Positions 28,789 through 38,666 of a DNA stretch of 64,000 nucleotides are shown one piece after another. Source of the DNA: an uncultured Acidobacteriota bacterium. Its GTDB lineage: Bacteria > Acidobacteriota > Thermoanaerobaculia > Multivoradales > UBA5704. How positions within the stretch are numbered: position 1 is the first letter of the stretch; each line of letters opens with the position of its first letter. The stretch lies in NCBI GenBank assembly GCA_963700145.1, contig OY969474.1, forward strand, positions 864,001 through 928,000, written 5' to 3'. The notes under the pieces were generated by a model that saw only the letters and a list, made by a program, of their open reading frames with translations, was not told the origin of the DNA and did not search any database. The position numbers were made by a program, and so were the translations under genes.

Positions 28789-29178
28789 GTGAAAACGCCG
28801 AGATGGTTGGCCGGCTGGATGGCGCTGGCGCTCGCCGGGATGGCGTGCGGCCCGGGCGCCGCCGCGCGAGGCGAGGCCGGCGTCCTGGAGATCAACGCGG
28901 ACGGAACGGCGCGGGCCGTGGGCGTCGTGATCGAGAACGATCGCGGCTGTGAGGTGGATGCGGTCTGCCGTCTGGTCGTCGACGCCGGCGGGCGCCGGAT
29001 CGCGGTCGTCTATCACGAAGGCGAGGCGGTCCCTTGCGTCAACCGCGAGGCCGTGCGCCGGGGCTTGGCTCTGAGCTCGGGAGACCGCGTGGAAGCCTAC
29101 GGCGCGTACGCGGGAGGCGGACCGACGATCTCGACCTGCCCTTCCGAGAGCTATTACCTCCGCCTGGTCGCCGAGTAA
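28789..29178 (+). CDS. Small exported protein / putative lipoprotein with four further Cys, possibly OB-fold-like
   Basis: AGGA SD, hydrophobic N-terminus ending LAGMAC, then GCEVDAVC...PC...STC. Confidence 0.65.
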   Translation: MKTPRWLAGWMALALAGMACGPGAAARGEAGVLEINADGTARAVGVVIENDRGCEVDAVCRLVVDAGGRRIAVVYHEGEAVPCVNREAVRRGLALSSGDRVEAYGAYAGGGPTISTCPSESYYLRLVAE

Positions 29179-29191
29179 CCGCTTCCGGCTG

Positions 29192-30283
29192 TCAGTCCTT
29201 GTTCCCCCAGACGCCGTCGCCCTCGCAGGCGGCGGCGGTGCGCAGGAAGCGGAACGTGCCGCTGCCGCGCAGGGGCTTGCCGCGTGCGACCTTTTCGAGC
29301 CGGCCTTCCCAGGTCACGCTCTCCGCGCCGTCGCCCGCCGTGCCGCGGACCTCGCCCGAGGCGTCGAGCTTCCCGGTCAGGGGCAGCGCGCCGAAGAAGC
29401 CGGACAGGCTGCCGTCGGCGTGCCGGAAGAGCTGCACGCGTCCCGAGACGGTCATCGGCTCGAAGGCCTCCGGCGAGCTCGACTGGCAGTGCATCTGCCA
29501 GATGCCCAGCAGGCGGTCGGGGGGCGCCTCGAGACGCGTCCAGCGCACCAGCTCGCCGCCGCCGGCGAGGGCCACCCGCACGAGCAGGTGCTGATCGACC
29601 TGCCATTGACCGATGTCGTGCGCGAAGAGGTCGAGGACCACCGGCCCGGCGAAGCGGCCGAGCAGCGGCGCGGCCGCCGCGTTGAGCCGGCGCCCGTCCT
29701 GCTTCGCGGCGAGGAACGGGTCGGCGCCGAAGCGCGTGCTCCAGACCAGGTCGTCGGCCGGGATCCCCTGCTCGTCGCTCATCTGCAGGGTGACCGCGAC
29801 GACGTCCTGCGCGGTCTTCGGGTGCAGGGACAGCCGCAAGCGATGATCGGGCGCGCCGTCCGGACCTCCACCCTGCCGCCCCACCTCGTCCGCGTCCCAG
29901 CCCAGCCACTGCAAGGAGAACGACGGCACCGCCGGTTGCTTCGGCTTGCCGCCCTTGACGGCGGAGATGCAGCACGTCCTCTCCACCGGCGCCGGCACCG
30001 CGCTCTTGAGCCGGCACTGAGCCTTCGCGCCCTCGACCCCCGGCTTCACGTAGGTATAAGCCCGGCAGCGCGGCTGGCTCTCGCAAGCGTCGCGGCAGAG
30101 CTCGTGCGACTGGAAGTCGCCAGTCTGCTCGAACGTCTCGTAGTCCGCACCCGGCCGGTCGAAACCGTCCTCCTGGGTGTAGCGGTTGGGAGAGGCGGCC
30201 GCAGGCGAGGCCAGCCACGAGAAGGCCAGCGCCACGGCGATGCGAGCGATGGCAGACGGGCGTTGCTGCCCTCTCTTCGGCAT
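29192..30283 (-). CDS. Secreted PAN/apple-domain protein
   Basis: Signal peptide, then DRPGADY...C..AC.....C.AYTY........C.LK PAN motif. GAGG SD. Confidence 0.82.
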   Translation of the reverse strand: MPKRGQQRPSAIARIAVALAFSWLASPAAASPNRYTQEDGFDRPGADYETFEQTGDFQSHELCRDACESQPRCRAYTYVKPGVEGAKAQCRLKSAVPAPVERTCCISAVKGGKPKQPAVPSFSLQWLGWDADEVGRQGGGPDGAPDHRLRLSLHPKTAQDVVAVTLQMSDEQGIPADDLVWSTRFGADPFLAAKQDGRRLNAAAAPLLGRFAGPVVLDLFAHDIGQWQVDQHLLVRVALAGGGELVRWTRLEAPPDRLLGIWQMHCQSSSPEAFEPMTVSGRVQLFRHADGSLSGFFGALPLTGKLDASGEVRGTAGDGAESVTWEGRLEKVARGKPLRGSGTFRFLRTAAACEGDGVWGNKD

Positions 30284-30800
30284 GCACAGCCTCCTCGCGC
30301 TGCCCGCGCCGTTCGTACTTGGATAGCGGCGGCACGTTGGGCGGGCTTACCGGCCTCCGGGACAGGCCGCCTCGACGTCACGGCGGTTTCCCCCGGTGCG
30401 GATTTCGCATTACGCGAAGTCAAGCAGTTAGATCGTACACCCAGGCAGGACATGCACCATATTTCACGCCGGGCCCTCGGCCAGGCGAGCCCGCTAGTCT
30501 CGAGGTCTTCCCTTCCCGCCAAGGCCGCCGGTGTGTTCGTGCGCATCGCCACCGAAACCGCCATGTTACGCTCGGCGCCGTGGACCGGGCCCGGCTTTGC
30601 GCTCGCGGCAGCGGGCCGAGCGGCCTGGCTGGCATGTTCGCCCAGCATCAACCGGTTGAACGCGCACGGACCCGCTCTGGTGGCGGAAGCGCGACCGGGT
30701 GGGGTGGGCAGCCGTCTCCTGGCTGCATCGTTGACAAGCTTCCCGACTTAGACGACGCTTTCAGCAACGACGTCCAAGGCGGAAGAAGGAGGAACGGATC

Positions 30801-31358
30801 ATGCCCGAGGCCAGACGGACAGTGCGGACGCGGACAGTATCGAGCCGCTACTACGGTGCGCCTTACGGAAACTACGGATACGAATCCGCGGTCGGCGGGT
30901 TCTTCCGCGCGGCCGCGTACGCGGTGGCAGAGATCCTTGTCGGCAAGTCACGTGTGGCTGGCAAACTGCTCGTCGACGCCTCCGATTCGCTCTTCGGAAG
31001 GCGGTATATCGGGGTCGATTACGAGTATGACGAGGAGTTCGCTGAGCCCGACGTCGAGGGCGCGCCTAGAGAGTCTGCCGAATCGATCGACGATGAGGAA
31101 GAAGACGTGCGGGTCGTGGATGGCAGCCTCTGCGACAGCTTCGACCGAGCGTTCGTTGAGGGCTCCCGCGTGTTCAGCCGATCTGCGCAGCGGTTTGCCG
31201 ATGAGCTGGACGCGGAGCGGGCCGACCGCCGACGACGTCGCCGAGTCCGCGTCGTTCGTGAGGGCGTGCAGCGCACGCGCGTGCAGCGCGAAGAAACGGT
31301 GAAGACGGAGTCGAAGACAACGCCTAGGCAGAGCGGAACGCCCGAGCAGCCGAAGTAG
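30801..31358 (+). CDS. Hypothetical protein (Tyr-rich N-terminus, amphipathic helices, acidic middle, Arg-rich tail)
   Basis: Strong SD (AAGGAGGA) before the ATG. No recognisable family. Confidence 0.65.
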   Translation: MPEARRTVRTRTVSSRYYGAPYGNYGYESAVGGFFRAAAYAVAEILVGKSRVAGKLLVDASDSLFGRRYIGVDYEYDEEFAEPDVEGAPRESAESIDDEEEDVRVVDGSLCDSFDRAFVEGSRVFSRSAQRFADELDAERADRRRRRRVRVVREGVQRTRVQREETVKTESKTTPRQSGTPEQPK

Positions 31359-31457
31359 CGCCCTCTGCGCGCGAGCGACAGCTCGTCGATCCCACCGTCG
31401 AGCCTGCCCGCTTCTTCGTGCGGATCGGCTTTGTGCGGGTTGGTCAAGGGGTAATCG

Positions 31458-32171
31458 GTGAAACTGTTGGTTCTTGGAGCAACCGGTTTGATGGGCCAGC
31501 ACGTCATACGAATGGCCCGGAGTGAACACGCAGTTTCGGCCTTCCTCCGAGATCCAGCGAGGGCGAACTTCTCGTCCGACGTCCAAATCATCCAAGGTGA
31601 TGCGTTTCGACCCGACACCATCCTGGCTGCGGTGCCCGGCCACGACGCGGTGATCTCCTGCCTGGGCGGCAAGCCCTTCAGGAGTTTTGGCCCGAAGGGA
31701 AAGCCAGGGGCGGCCGCTGCGCCGCCGCTAGTGGAGACGATGATGGTGGCGGGCATATGCCGTCTGATCGTTGTATCCGCGATGGGCGCCGTCGATCGCA
31801 GCGCGGTGACGCCCGTATTCCGGCTGGCCATCACCACAATCCTCCGCGGTATCTACGCTGACAAGGACGCAATGGAGCCGATCATCACGGCTTCGGCCCT
31901 GGACTGGACCATCGTTCGCGCGGCGAACTTAAATAACAAACCCGAGGGGCCGGTGGACGACGCTCCACGGCTCCCTCTTGGCATGAGATCTTTCGTGCCT
32001 CGCAGCTCTGTCGCTTCCTACATGCTGCGGATCATCAATCAGCCGTCCACGTTCCGCCGCATCGTGTTCCTCACGAGCCGACGATGCGCGCGCGACATCC
32101 TACGAGCACGCGCCGCAGGAACGCACGAGGAAGGCGGTAGCTCCGCGCGGACATCGAGAGTCGGCCGTTGA
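31458..32171 (+). CDS. NAD(P)H-binding oxidoreductase (flavin reductase / atypical SDR)
   Basis: LVLGATGLMG Rossmann motif, GHDAVISCLG, YADK..ME and LDWTIVR. Confidence 0.85.
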   Translation: MKLLVLGATGLMGQHVIRMARSEHAVSAFLRDPARANFSSDVQIIQGDAFRPDTILAAVPGHDAVISCLGGKPFRSFGPKGKPGAAAAPPLVETMMVAGICRLIVVSAMGAVDRSAVTPVFRLAITTILRGIYADKDAMEPIITASALDWTIVRAANLNNKPEGPVDDAPRLPLGMRSFVPRSSVASYMLRIINQPSTFRRIVFLTSRRCARDILRARAAGTHEEGGSSARTSRVGR

Positions 32172-32985
32172 GAGTGAGGACTGCCACCGCGAGAGGTGTC
32201 TGATCCGTCGGTGGAGCGACGACGCACCAACTATCGAATGCGAGCTCCCGCACCTCCCAAACCCCGAGATTCGAAAACAATCCCAAGAACCCGAACGAAG
32301 AGGCGGATATGCAGCTCATGCTATGGCTCAGGAAAAATGGGCCAACCGCGGCGATGCGCGATAGGTTCGCGGCTTGAGCCCAGTGCTCACCGCGGGCGAG
32401 CCGGTCGGATAGGTCGAGGTGGAGAACTTCGGGCGATCGTCCACCCGGCATGCCCACGATGAAGGACGCGTAGTTCCCGCGGAAACGAGTCGGTTGCGGG
32501 TTCCGTCGCATGTTCACAGCTAACATCCAGGCTCCTTGGCGCGGAGCCGGGATACCTGCCTTGCGCGCCTCGGTGAGGAGCGTGCGATGTGTGGCCCACA
32601 GGAGGAGCGAGCCGATCGTCGCGTGCCGCGCGTGGGCCGCCTCTCGGAGCGCTTCTAGCTCGCCGGCGCTCCACCACAACACCTCGGGTGCTCCGGAATA
32701 TCGGCGATCCGTCGGCGGCCAACCTGATCTGAGGGTCAGGAGCTCCAGCCACGGCGCCAGGGCGCAAATGAAGCCGCCCGGATCGTCCGACGGGAGAGTC
32801 GGCAGCGCGATCCTCGTCTCAGCAAAGCGAGAGAGTAGCAGGCCAAGCCCACCGACGCCGTCAAAGTCGACGTGGGACAGCAGGTGCCATTCTATGGCTC
32901 CAGGTTCGACCGAGCGCCCGACGAGGAAGTCGCTGCTCTCTCCCCGCGCCTCGAGTGCCGCGAACCATGCGCCGAGACCGTTCAT
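32071..32985 (-). CDS. CoA-dependent acyltransferase / condensation-like protein
   Basis: HVDFDG (HxxxDG) motif, AVNMR...GN and SNLG. Start set at ATG 32985 after a GAGGAG SD. Its 3' end overlaps the convergent gene. Confidence 0.6.
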   Translation of the reverse strand: MNGLGAWFAALEARGESSDFLVGRSVEPGAIEWHLLSHVDFDGVGGLGLLLSRFAETRIALPTLPSDDPGGFICALAPWLELLTLRSGWPPTDRRYSGAPEVLWWSAGELEALREAAHARHATIGSLLLWATHRTLLTEARKAGIPAPRQGAWMLAVNMRRNPQPTRFRGNYASFIVGMPGGRSPEVLHLDLSDRLARGEHWAQAANLSRIAAVGPFFLSHSMSCISASSFGFLGLFSNLGVWEVRELAFDSWCVVAPPTDQTPLAVAVLTLNGRLSMSARSYRLPRAFLRRVLVGCRARIVGS

Positions 32986-32993
32986 CGTTCTCC

Positions 32994-34769
32994 TCAAGCC
33001 TCGATCCGGTTCATCTGGCGTCGGATCCGGCCGAGCGAGAGGCGCAGGTAAAGGAGCACGATCAAGCAGACAAGGAACGCGGCCACCGAGAGCCTCGGGA
33101 AGCGATCGAGGAGTGCCGTGAGCTCGAGCGACGCTATGGCCCCGCGGAAGAATCCACGCTGATAGGAGAATAGAAGCGGCAGACCGAACAGGATGAGCGT
33201 TACCAGCCGCATGCCCAGGCCTACCACCGCTGAGATCGCGAAGGCGAACCTCGTCGTGCTGTAGCCCCGTAATATCGCGCGTTCCCGCACCCACTCGGCT
33301 TCGAAATAGGCCCGCTCGCTTGCGTAATCGAGAGTCTCTCCCGCCTGGAGCACGCGAGTCGCCCAATGTCTCATATTCTCGGAACTGAAGGCGCGATCGA
33401 GCTCGCGCCGCCGCGCTTGCCTCTCATAGGAGCGGATCATTTTGAAATAGTCGATTTCCGGGAAAAGATAGGCAAGCGACGAATCCATCGTCACCTCGGC
33501 GCGGTTGACTCGCATGAACTCCCAGGTGGCAGGGATGCGGTGTCGTTGGAGCGCGAGCGCCATCCCGGCCATCAGCGTGGTGAGTGACTTTTCGTGGTAG
33601 GGCAGCGACTTGATCCGCGACCGCTCCTGCCAAATCTTGAGCTGTCTGATGAGCTCGCTTTTGGTCGCCTCCCTACCCGCCCCCGGCGGCTCCGGACTCA
33701 GGAGCAGAAGCATGTCAGCAGCCTTTTCGAATGCCCCTCCCGCAATGGCCTGAAAGAGCATGTAATATTTTTTCAGCCGATTCGTGTCGATCGACCCCAC
33801 CGAGCCGAAGTCGATTAGCGCGATTCGACTCCCTCTGAGGAGGACGATGTTTCCAGGGTGTAGGTCGCCATGAAACAGGTTGTCCTCGAATACCTGCCGC
33901 GTATGGGTGTCATAGAGATAATATCCGACTCGCCGCGGCTCGATGTCGTTTTCAGCGAGCCACTCCATGAGGCGCGGCCGGTCGCGCTCGTACGCTTCGA
34001 TAAATTCGCTCATGAGCACGCCCGAGATGAACTCCATCACCAGGACGCGCTTGGAGGTAAGTTTCCAAAAGACCTTCGGCACATAGACATTGTGTTGACG
34101 GAGGCGCGTCCGCATGAGGCTCTGGGACGCGGCTTCGGAACGGTAGTCCAGCTCGTTGGCGAACATTTGCTCGAGCTCCCAGGCGAACTCGTGCCAACGC
34201 GCCTCGGGCATGATCCGCAAGAGCCTCAGCAATCGGACCATCCGCTTTACGCACCGCATATCCGCGGCGAACGCAGCTTCGACCCCCGGCCGCTGAATTT
34301 TCACGGCTACCTCTGGACCTTCGATTAGGCGGGCGCGGTGGATTTGCCCAACTGAGCCGGCGGCGATCGGCTCCTCCAGGAACTCGGAGAACACTTGGTA
34401 GCGGGTCAAACACAACTCCTCCTCGAGGACGCGCAGTGCTTCGTCCCCAGGGAACCCGACGGCGCGATCTTGAAGTGCGGCGAGCGCGTCGCACAAGTCT
34501 GCCGGGAAGAGATCGCGCCGCATCGCAATCAACTGCCCCGCCTTCACCCATGCGCCTCCGTAGCGCTCCATCAAGGAGCGGATGCGCGCGGCGATAGCGG
34601 GCAAACGTGCCGATGCTAGGCGCGCAGCACACCAGCGTACGGCGAGCCAGAAGAGGAAAGACAGGACACCCAGGAGCCGCCATCGGACCCGGAGGATCTC
34701 GGACGTGGTGGGTACTCTTTGTTCCCGCTCTGGGTATAGCGGAGTCGGGGTTGCACACGAGTCGAGCAT
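32994..34769 (-). CDS. ABC1/AarF/UbiB family atypical kinase with C-terminal TM helices
   Basis: KAGQLIAMRRD, PIAAGSVGQIHRA, VAVKIQRPG, ELDY..EA, FHGDLHPGN and IDFG. Start set 7 nt after the radical SAM stop. Confidence 0.9.
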   Translation of the reverse strand: MLDSCATPTPLYPEREQRVPTTSEILRVRWRLLGVLSFLFWLAVRWCAARLASARLPAIAARIRSLMERYGGAWVKAGQLIAMRRDLFPADLCDALAALQDRAVGFPGDEALRVLEEELCLTRYQVFSEFLEEPIAAGSVGQIHRARLIEGPEVAVKIQRPGVEAAFAADMRCVKRMVRLLRLLRIMPEARWHEFAWELEQMFANELDYRSEAASQSLMRTRLRQHNVYVPKVFWKLTSKRVLVMEFISGVLMSEFIEAYERDRPRLMEWLAENDIEPRRVGYYLYDTHTRQVFEDNLFHGDLHPGNIVLLRGSRIALIDFGSVGSIDTNRLKKYYMLFQAIAGGAFEKAADMLLLLSPEPPGAGREATKSELIRQLKIWQERSRIKSLPYHEKSLTTLMAGMALALQRHRIPATWEFMRVNRAEVTMDSSLAYLFPEIDYFKMIRSYERQARRRELDRAFSSENMRHWATRVLQAGETLDYASERAYFEAEWVRERAILRGYSTTRFAFAISAVVGLGMRLVTLILFGLPLLFSYQRGFFRGAIASLELTALLDRFPRLSVAAFLVCLIVLLYLRLSLGRIRRQMNRIEA

Positions 34770-34776
34770 CGAAGCG

Positions 34777-36360
34777 TCATGCGCTCGCTTTGTCCCTGCG
34801 CTTCTTCGGCACTCGGCCAGCAAAGTTGTAGGCGTCATCCTGAAAGATCGGAAAACGCTTGAGGCGAAGATAGCTCTTGTAGGCTGCCATTCGCACGTCG
34901 CCACTGAAGCCGTCGCCGTTCCGGACTGCGAGCTCGAACTCGTGCATCAAATCGTTCCGTCCGCAATCCTCCTGCGAGAGCGCACGGAGCTGATCGGCCG
35001 CTGTCCCCAGCATACTGGACATTCCCAGGCGCTCGAGGAGCGGGACGATCTCGAGCTGCATTTGATTGAACCAGACCGCCCCCCAGTCGGTGAGGTCGTA
35101 AGAGTCCCGCTTTTCTTCCACTAGCCCGAGCCGAACCCAGCGCGCGACCAGCTTCTGCCACGCACTCTTTTGTTCGACGATGATGCGCGGAATGGTCAGC
35201 CGCTGGATTCCCATGAGCATCGCGCGCCGGAGCGCTGTGTCGAAATCTAGCGTCTCCCTGCATTGGAAGGGAAGAATATTGCGATCGACCAGCGCGAGAT
35301 ACTCGGCGAGATCGGGGATGTCCCGGTGGAGGGTGCCGTTGACGAATCCAAACGCGGACGGACCGAAGGCCAGCGACGTGGAGAGCGCATTGCCGCCGCC
35401 CCCGAAGGTGCTCTTCATGAAGTTGTTGATGTCCGTCCGCACGTAGGCTTCGGTCGCGACCGGTCGAAAGCCCAGTTCTCTCATTATGAGCTTCGCCGCG
35501 GTTCGAAACTGGAGGAGGCGCGTGCCCCAAGACGGCCCTTCTACTCTTCGTTCGCGGGCGACGCCATCGAACATGCGCGTCCCCGGCACCATCCAGAACG
35601 TGTAGACATCGAGGCTGCCGATACCCCAAGACACGACGCGCCGCACGTCGTCCGTGAAGCTCTCGACCGTTTGGCTCGGGAGGCCCACCATCAGGTCGAC
35701 GTTAAAAGGCACCCCTGGCCTTTTCTCCAGTAATTCGACGAGACGTTCGTAGTCCTCGATTGTCTCGCCGCGCCCGATCATTCGCCGAACGGCGGGATCC
35801 AAGCTCTGCACGCCGAAGGAGAGTCGATTGAACCCCTGCGCGAAGTAGTCGTCGAAGCGCTCGCACAGCGCTCGGTTTGCGACGGACTCGAGCGTGATCT
35901 CGGCGTCGTCGGCGATCGGGAACGCGCTGCGCAGCGCCTTGAGCACCCGCCCCAGCTGGGACGGGCCGAGTTCTGTCGGAGTTCCTCCGCCGAAGTACAC
36001 CGTGGTGAAGGGCGCTCCGTCATGCCTGTAGCCTCGGGCCACCATCGCGATGTGCCGAAGGAGCGCGTCGACGAACTGCTCCCGCCGCTCGGGAGTCCGA
36101 TCGGATGTCTTCCTGGTCTTGTAGAGGAAGCAGAAATGGCAGATAAATGGACAGAACGGGACGTGGATGTAGATCAAGTTCCCGCCTTCCGGCAAATGCG
36201 AGGTTGTCTCCTTCCATGCCGCCACCTTCGAGTCGATCCGCGGTGGCCAATTGTCGGGCGAGATCGGCCCTCGGTTCCGCATCAAGTGAGCGATGGGATA
36301 ATCGAACACTTGAAACGGCAGAAGGGTCGGGTACGGCAGCTCTCTGGCATGCTCAATCAT
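34777..36360 (-). CDS. HemN-like (class C) radical SAM protein
   Basis: IYIHVPFCPFICHFC (CxxxCxxC), YFGGGTP, NRLSFGVQS and DLMVGLPSQ. ATGA overlap with the upstream gene. Confidence 0.9.
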   Translation of the reverse strand: MIEHARELPYPTLLPFQVFDYPIAHLMRNRGPISPDNWPPRIDSKVAAWKETTSHLPEGGNLIYIHVPFCPFICHFCFLYKTRKTSDRTPERREQFVDALLRHIAMVARGYRHDGAPFTTVYFGGGTPTELGPSQLGRVLKALRSAFPIADDAEITLESVANRALCERFDDYFAQGFNRLSFGVQSLDPAVRRMIGRGETIEDYERLVELLEKRPGVPFNVDLMVGLPSQTVESFTDDVRRVVSWGIGSLDVYTFWMVPGTRMFDGVARERRVEGPSWGTRLLQFRTAAKLIMRELGFRPVATEAYVRTDINNFMKSTFGGGGNALSTSLAFGPSAFGFVNGTLHRDIPDLAEYLALVDRNILPFQCRETLDFDTALRRAMLMGIQRLTIPRIIVEQKSAWQKLVARWVRLGLVEEKRDSYDLTDWGAVWFNQMQLEIVPLLERLGMSSMLGTAADQLRALSQEDCGRNDLMHEFELAVRNGDGFSGDVRMAAYKSYLRLKRFPIFQDDAYNFAGRVPKKRRDKASA

Positions 36361-37397
36361 GATGTCTTCCTCATCGCAGCCTGCTTCTCGCAGCGCTCCT
36401 TGACGATCCGGAGGATGTACTCCTGGAGGTGATGCATGATGCTGTCGGTCCAAAGTCCCGCGTACCAGTTGAAACGGGTGCCGAGCCGCTCGGCGCTGTC
36501 GAGATGCAGCCGTACGCTTCCGTGTGGCAAAGGCTCTATGGCATAGCGGCCTTCCAGCACCCGGAAATAGACGCCCTCGATCGCGCCGATGAGGGGCGGC
36601 AGCGACTTCGAGTGATCGACCTCGATTGTGAAACGCAGCTCCTGCTGGTCCTGCCAGTGGGTAACGGTCTCGACAAAATTGAGACCTTGCTCAAACATCG
36701 CGTCGCGGACACCGCCGACGCCGTCCCGAGAGAGGACCGCCTCCCGCGGCCGCGGGAGGCCCAGGGTATGAAAGACGCTGAAGCGGTGCTCCTTGGGCTG
36801 TATTTCCGCAACTCGCGTGATGTTTTGCCAAATGATGCTCTTGTCAGCCTTGATGTCGATCTCGGTATGCACCTTACGCATCGAATCGCTGGGAGGCGCG
36901 AAGCTCTCCGCGTACGCAACGAAGTACGGCGCCAGCATCGCGGCGACCACTGTGGACACTTGCAGAAACCCCCCGTTCATGCGCAGGCGGGAGAAGAAAT
37001 ATGGCCCGATGCTCCCCAGGCTAGCCATAGCCAGAACGACAGGAAGAGCCATTACGATGCATAAGAGCGGCTCGTGCGCGAACACAGCGCCCGCGCCGAC
37101 CACCGCCAAGCAGGCGAGCCACGGCATATAGAGGACGTAGCGCCAATCGAAGCGGGTGCGCCGGCGCGTTCGAGGCGCTGCTATCAAACCGATCGCGAAA
37201 GGCGCGAGAAAGAGAAAACCCGCGGACATCACGTTCAATCGCCCGTAGAGCAATTCAGAGCGAAAAGCCGCGTGGGTCAGGACTCCGTAGCCGGCGGCCA
37301 GCGCGACGTGAAGCAACGCGGTACGACTCGAGCTCTGCATACATTCGGTCTCTCGAGCCCGGCTGGAAGTATGAGTGACACTTTGGCTAACCGACAT
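36357..37397 (-). CDS. Membrane protein with C-terminal SRPBCC/START-like domain
   Basis: About five TM helices including LLCIVMALP, then V.TEI.I.A....IW...GLPRP......GVGGVR...F. Start uncertain (37397 or 37340). Confidence 0.75.
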   Translation of the reverse strand: MSVSQSVTHTSSRARETECMQSSSRTALLHVALAAGYGVLTHAAFRSELLYGRLNVMSAGFLFLAPFAIGLIAAPRTRRRTRFDWRYVLYMPWLACLAVVGAGAVFAHEPLLCIVMALPVVLAMASLGSIGPYFFSRLRMNGGFLQVSTVVAAMLAPYFVAYAESFAPPSDSMRKVHTEIDIKADKSIIWQNITRVAEIQPKEHRFSVFHTLGLPRPREAVLSRDGVGGVRDAMFEQGLNFVETVTHWQDQQELRFTIEVDHSKSLPPLIGAIEGVYFRVLEGRYAIEPLPHGSVRLHLDSAERLGTRFNWYAGLWTDSIMHHLQEYILRIVKERCEKQAAMRKTS

Positions 37398-38083
37398 CGC
37401 ATACCCTCTACCGCGATGGAAACGCCGTGGGAGCAGTCCGCCGCGACGGATCAGGTACAGCCAATACGTCTCGTCCCAAGGGAACTTGGTGGACCGTATC
37501 AATTTGAGAGAAGCGGCGCAACTGCGCGCACGCGAGCCTTCGCGGTGTGGGAGTCGCTTTGGGGCCCCGACGAGTGCGAAGCGCCCCATCGTGCGATCAG
37601 ACCGTGCTAGAGCCACAGCGAGAGTCGATCCGAGGCTTGGGCGCCCGCGCTCGCCGTCCCTGCACTGGTGACGAGCTACCTCTGGGTGTCACTGCGCCCT
37701 AGAGTACCAGAGGGGGAGGGCCTTAAGCGGGCACCCCTACCTTGGATGTCGTGTGGCCTCGGCCGGGCCGGGCCTCGATCAGCCAGGAGCGTTCACGAGC
37801 CCGACCCCGCGGGCGGTGGGTGACGAGAGGCTCGTGCGGGCAGTCGCCGCCGAGAGTGCTAGAGGATGCGACGGAGGCAGGAGCGCTCGACGCTGAATGC
37901 GACGACGCGCATCGTGGTACTGCAGAAGGTACATGCTCTCGCAACCCGCGAGCTCAATGCCCGGCACCGCCATTCGTCGCCGAACGCGGGCTAGCAGTCT
38001 TGGTCTGTCTGTTGCGGGATTTGCGGCCGGCAGGGCGGGCTCGCTGGCTCGGCGCTAGATGGTCGACGGCCGGGGCACCAGGC

Positions 38084-38665
38084 TCACAGCGGCAGCGCCG
38101 GGAAGTCGGCGATACGCAGCGCGCCGGCGCGCTGGGCGAGGGTGCGGAAGCCGGCCAGGCTCTCCTCGACCGTCGCGCGCGGGCGGGCGGTGGCGCTCGC
38201 CAGGGCCTGCACCGTGCACTCCTCCTCGGCGCAGACGTGCGCCGCCGTGAGCGCCAGCTCGTAGAGCTGCCGGAAGCGGCTCTCCTCTTCGGTCGTCACG
38301 AAACCCGAGCCGTCGAGGTCGGCGAGTGGCCGCAGGCGGCGCAGCTCGCGCTCGGTTGCGTCGAGGAGCTCCTTCTTCTTCGCCGCGATCAGCGCCGGGT
38401 CGGCGCCCGGGACGTCGCAGGTCGAGGAGTCGTAGGAGCGCATGTAGAACCCGGTCTCCGGGTCCTTCTCGAGGGTCAGCGTCGACCAGCCGGTGCGCAG
38501 AGACGCCACCATCATCAGCGACCCGTAGGCCGACTCCGTCATCCCGTCGGCGCGGATCTTCCGGAGGTAAGACTCCAGGTCGTCGCCGGCCGGCCGCGAC
38601 GCGCAGGCTGCGACGAGCGGCAGGAGCAGCAGAGGGAGCAGGGCGCGGGAGGCGAGCTTCGTCAT
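38084..38665 (-). CDS. Putative lipoprotein with EF-hand-like loop
   Basis: Lipobox LVAAC and DLDGSGFVTTEE loop. Starts 1 nt after the der stop. Confidence 0.7.
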   Translation of the reverse strand: MTKLASRALLPLLLLPLVAACASRPAGDDLESYLRKIRADGMTESAYGSLMMVASLRTGWSTLTLEKDPETGFYMRSYDSSTCDVPGADPALIAAKKKELLDATERELRRLRPLADLDGSGFVTTEEESRFRQLYELALTAAHVCAEEECTVQALASATARPRATVEESLAGFRTLAQRAGALRIADFPALPL

Positions 38666-38666
38666 C

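Noticed and set aside
34777-36360. Assigning hemN/hemW, or a RiPP maturase
   Set aside because: It is longer and more divergent than housekeeping HemN/HemW. It has no SPASM Cys motif or RRE, and no clear precursor peptide.
37400-38080. Short ORFs or ncRNA in the gap upstream of the SRPBCC gene (also 30284-30800 and 42311-42745)
   Set aside because: No convincing SD, motif or recognisable RNA structure, so these were left unannotated.
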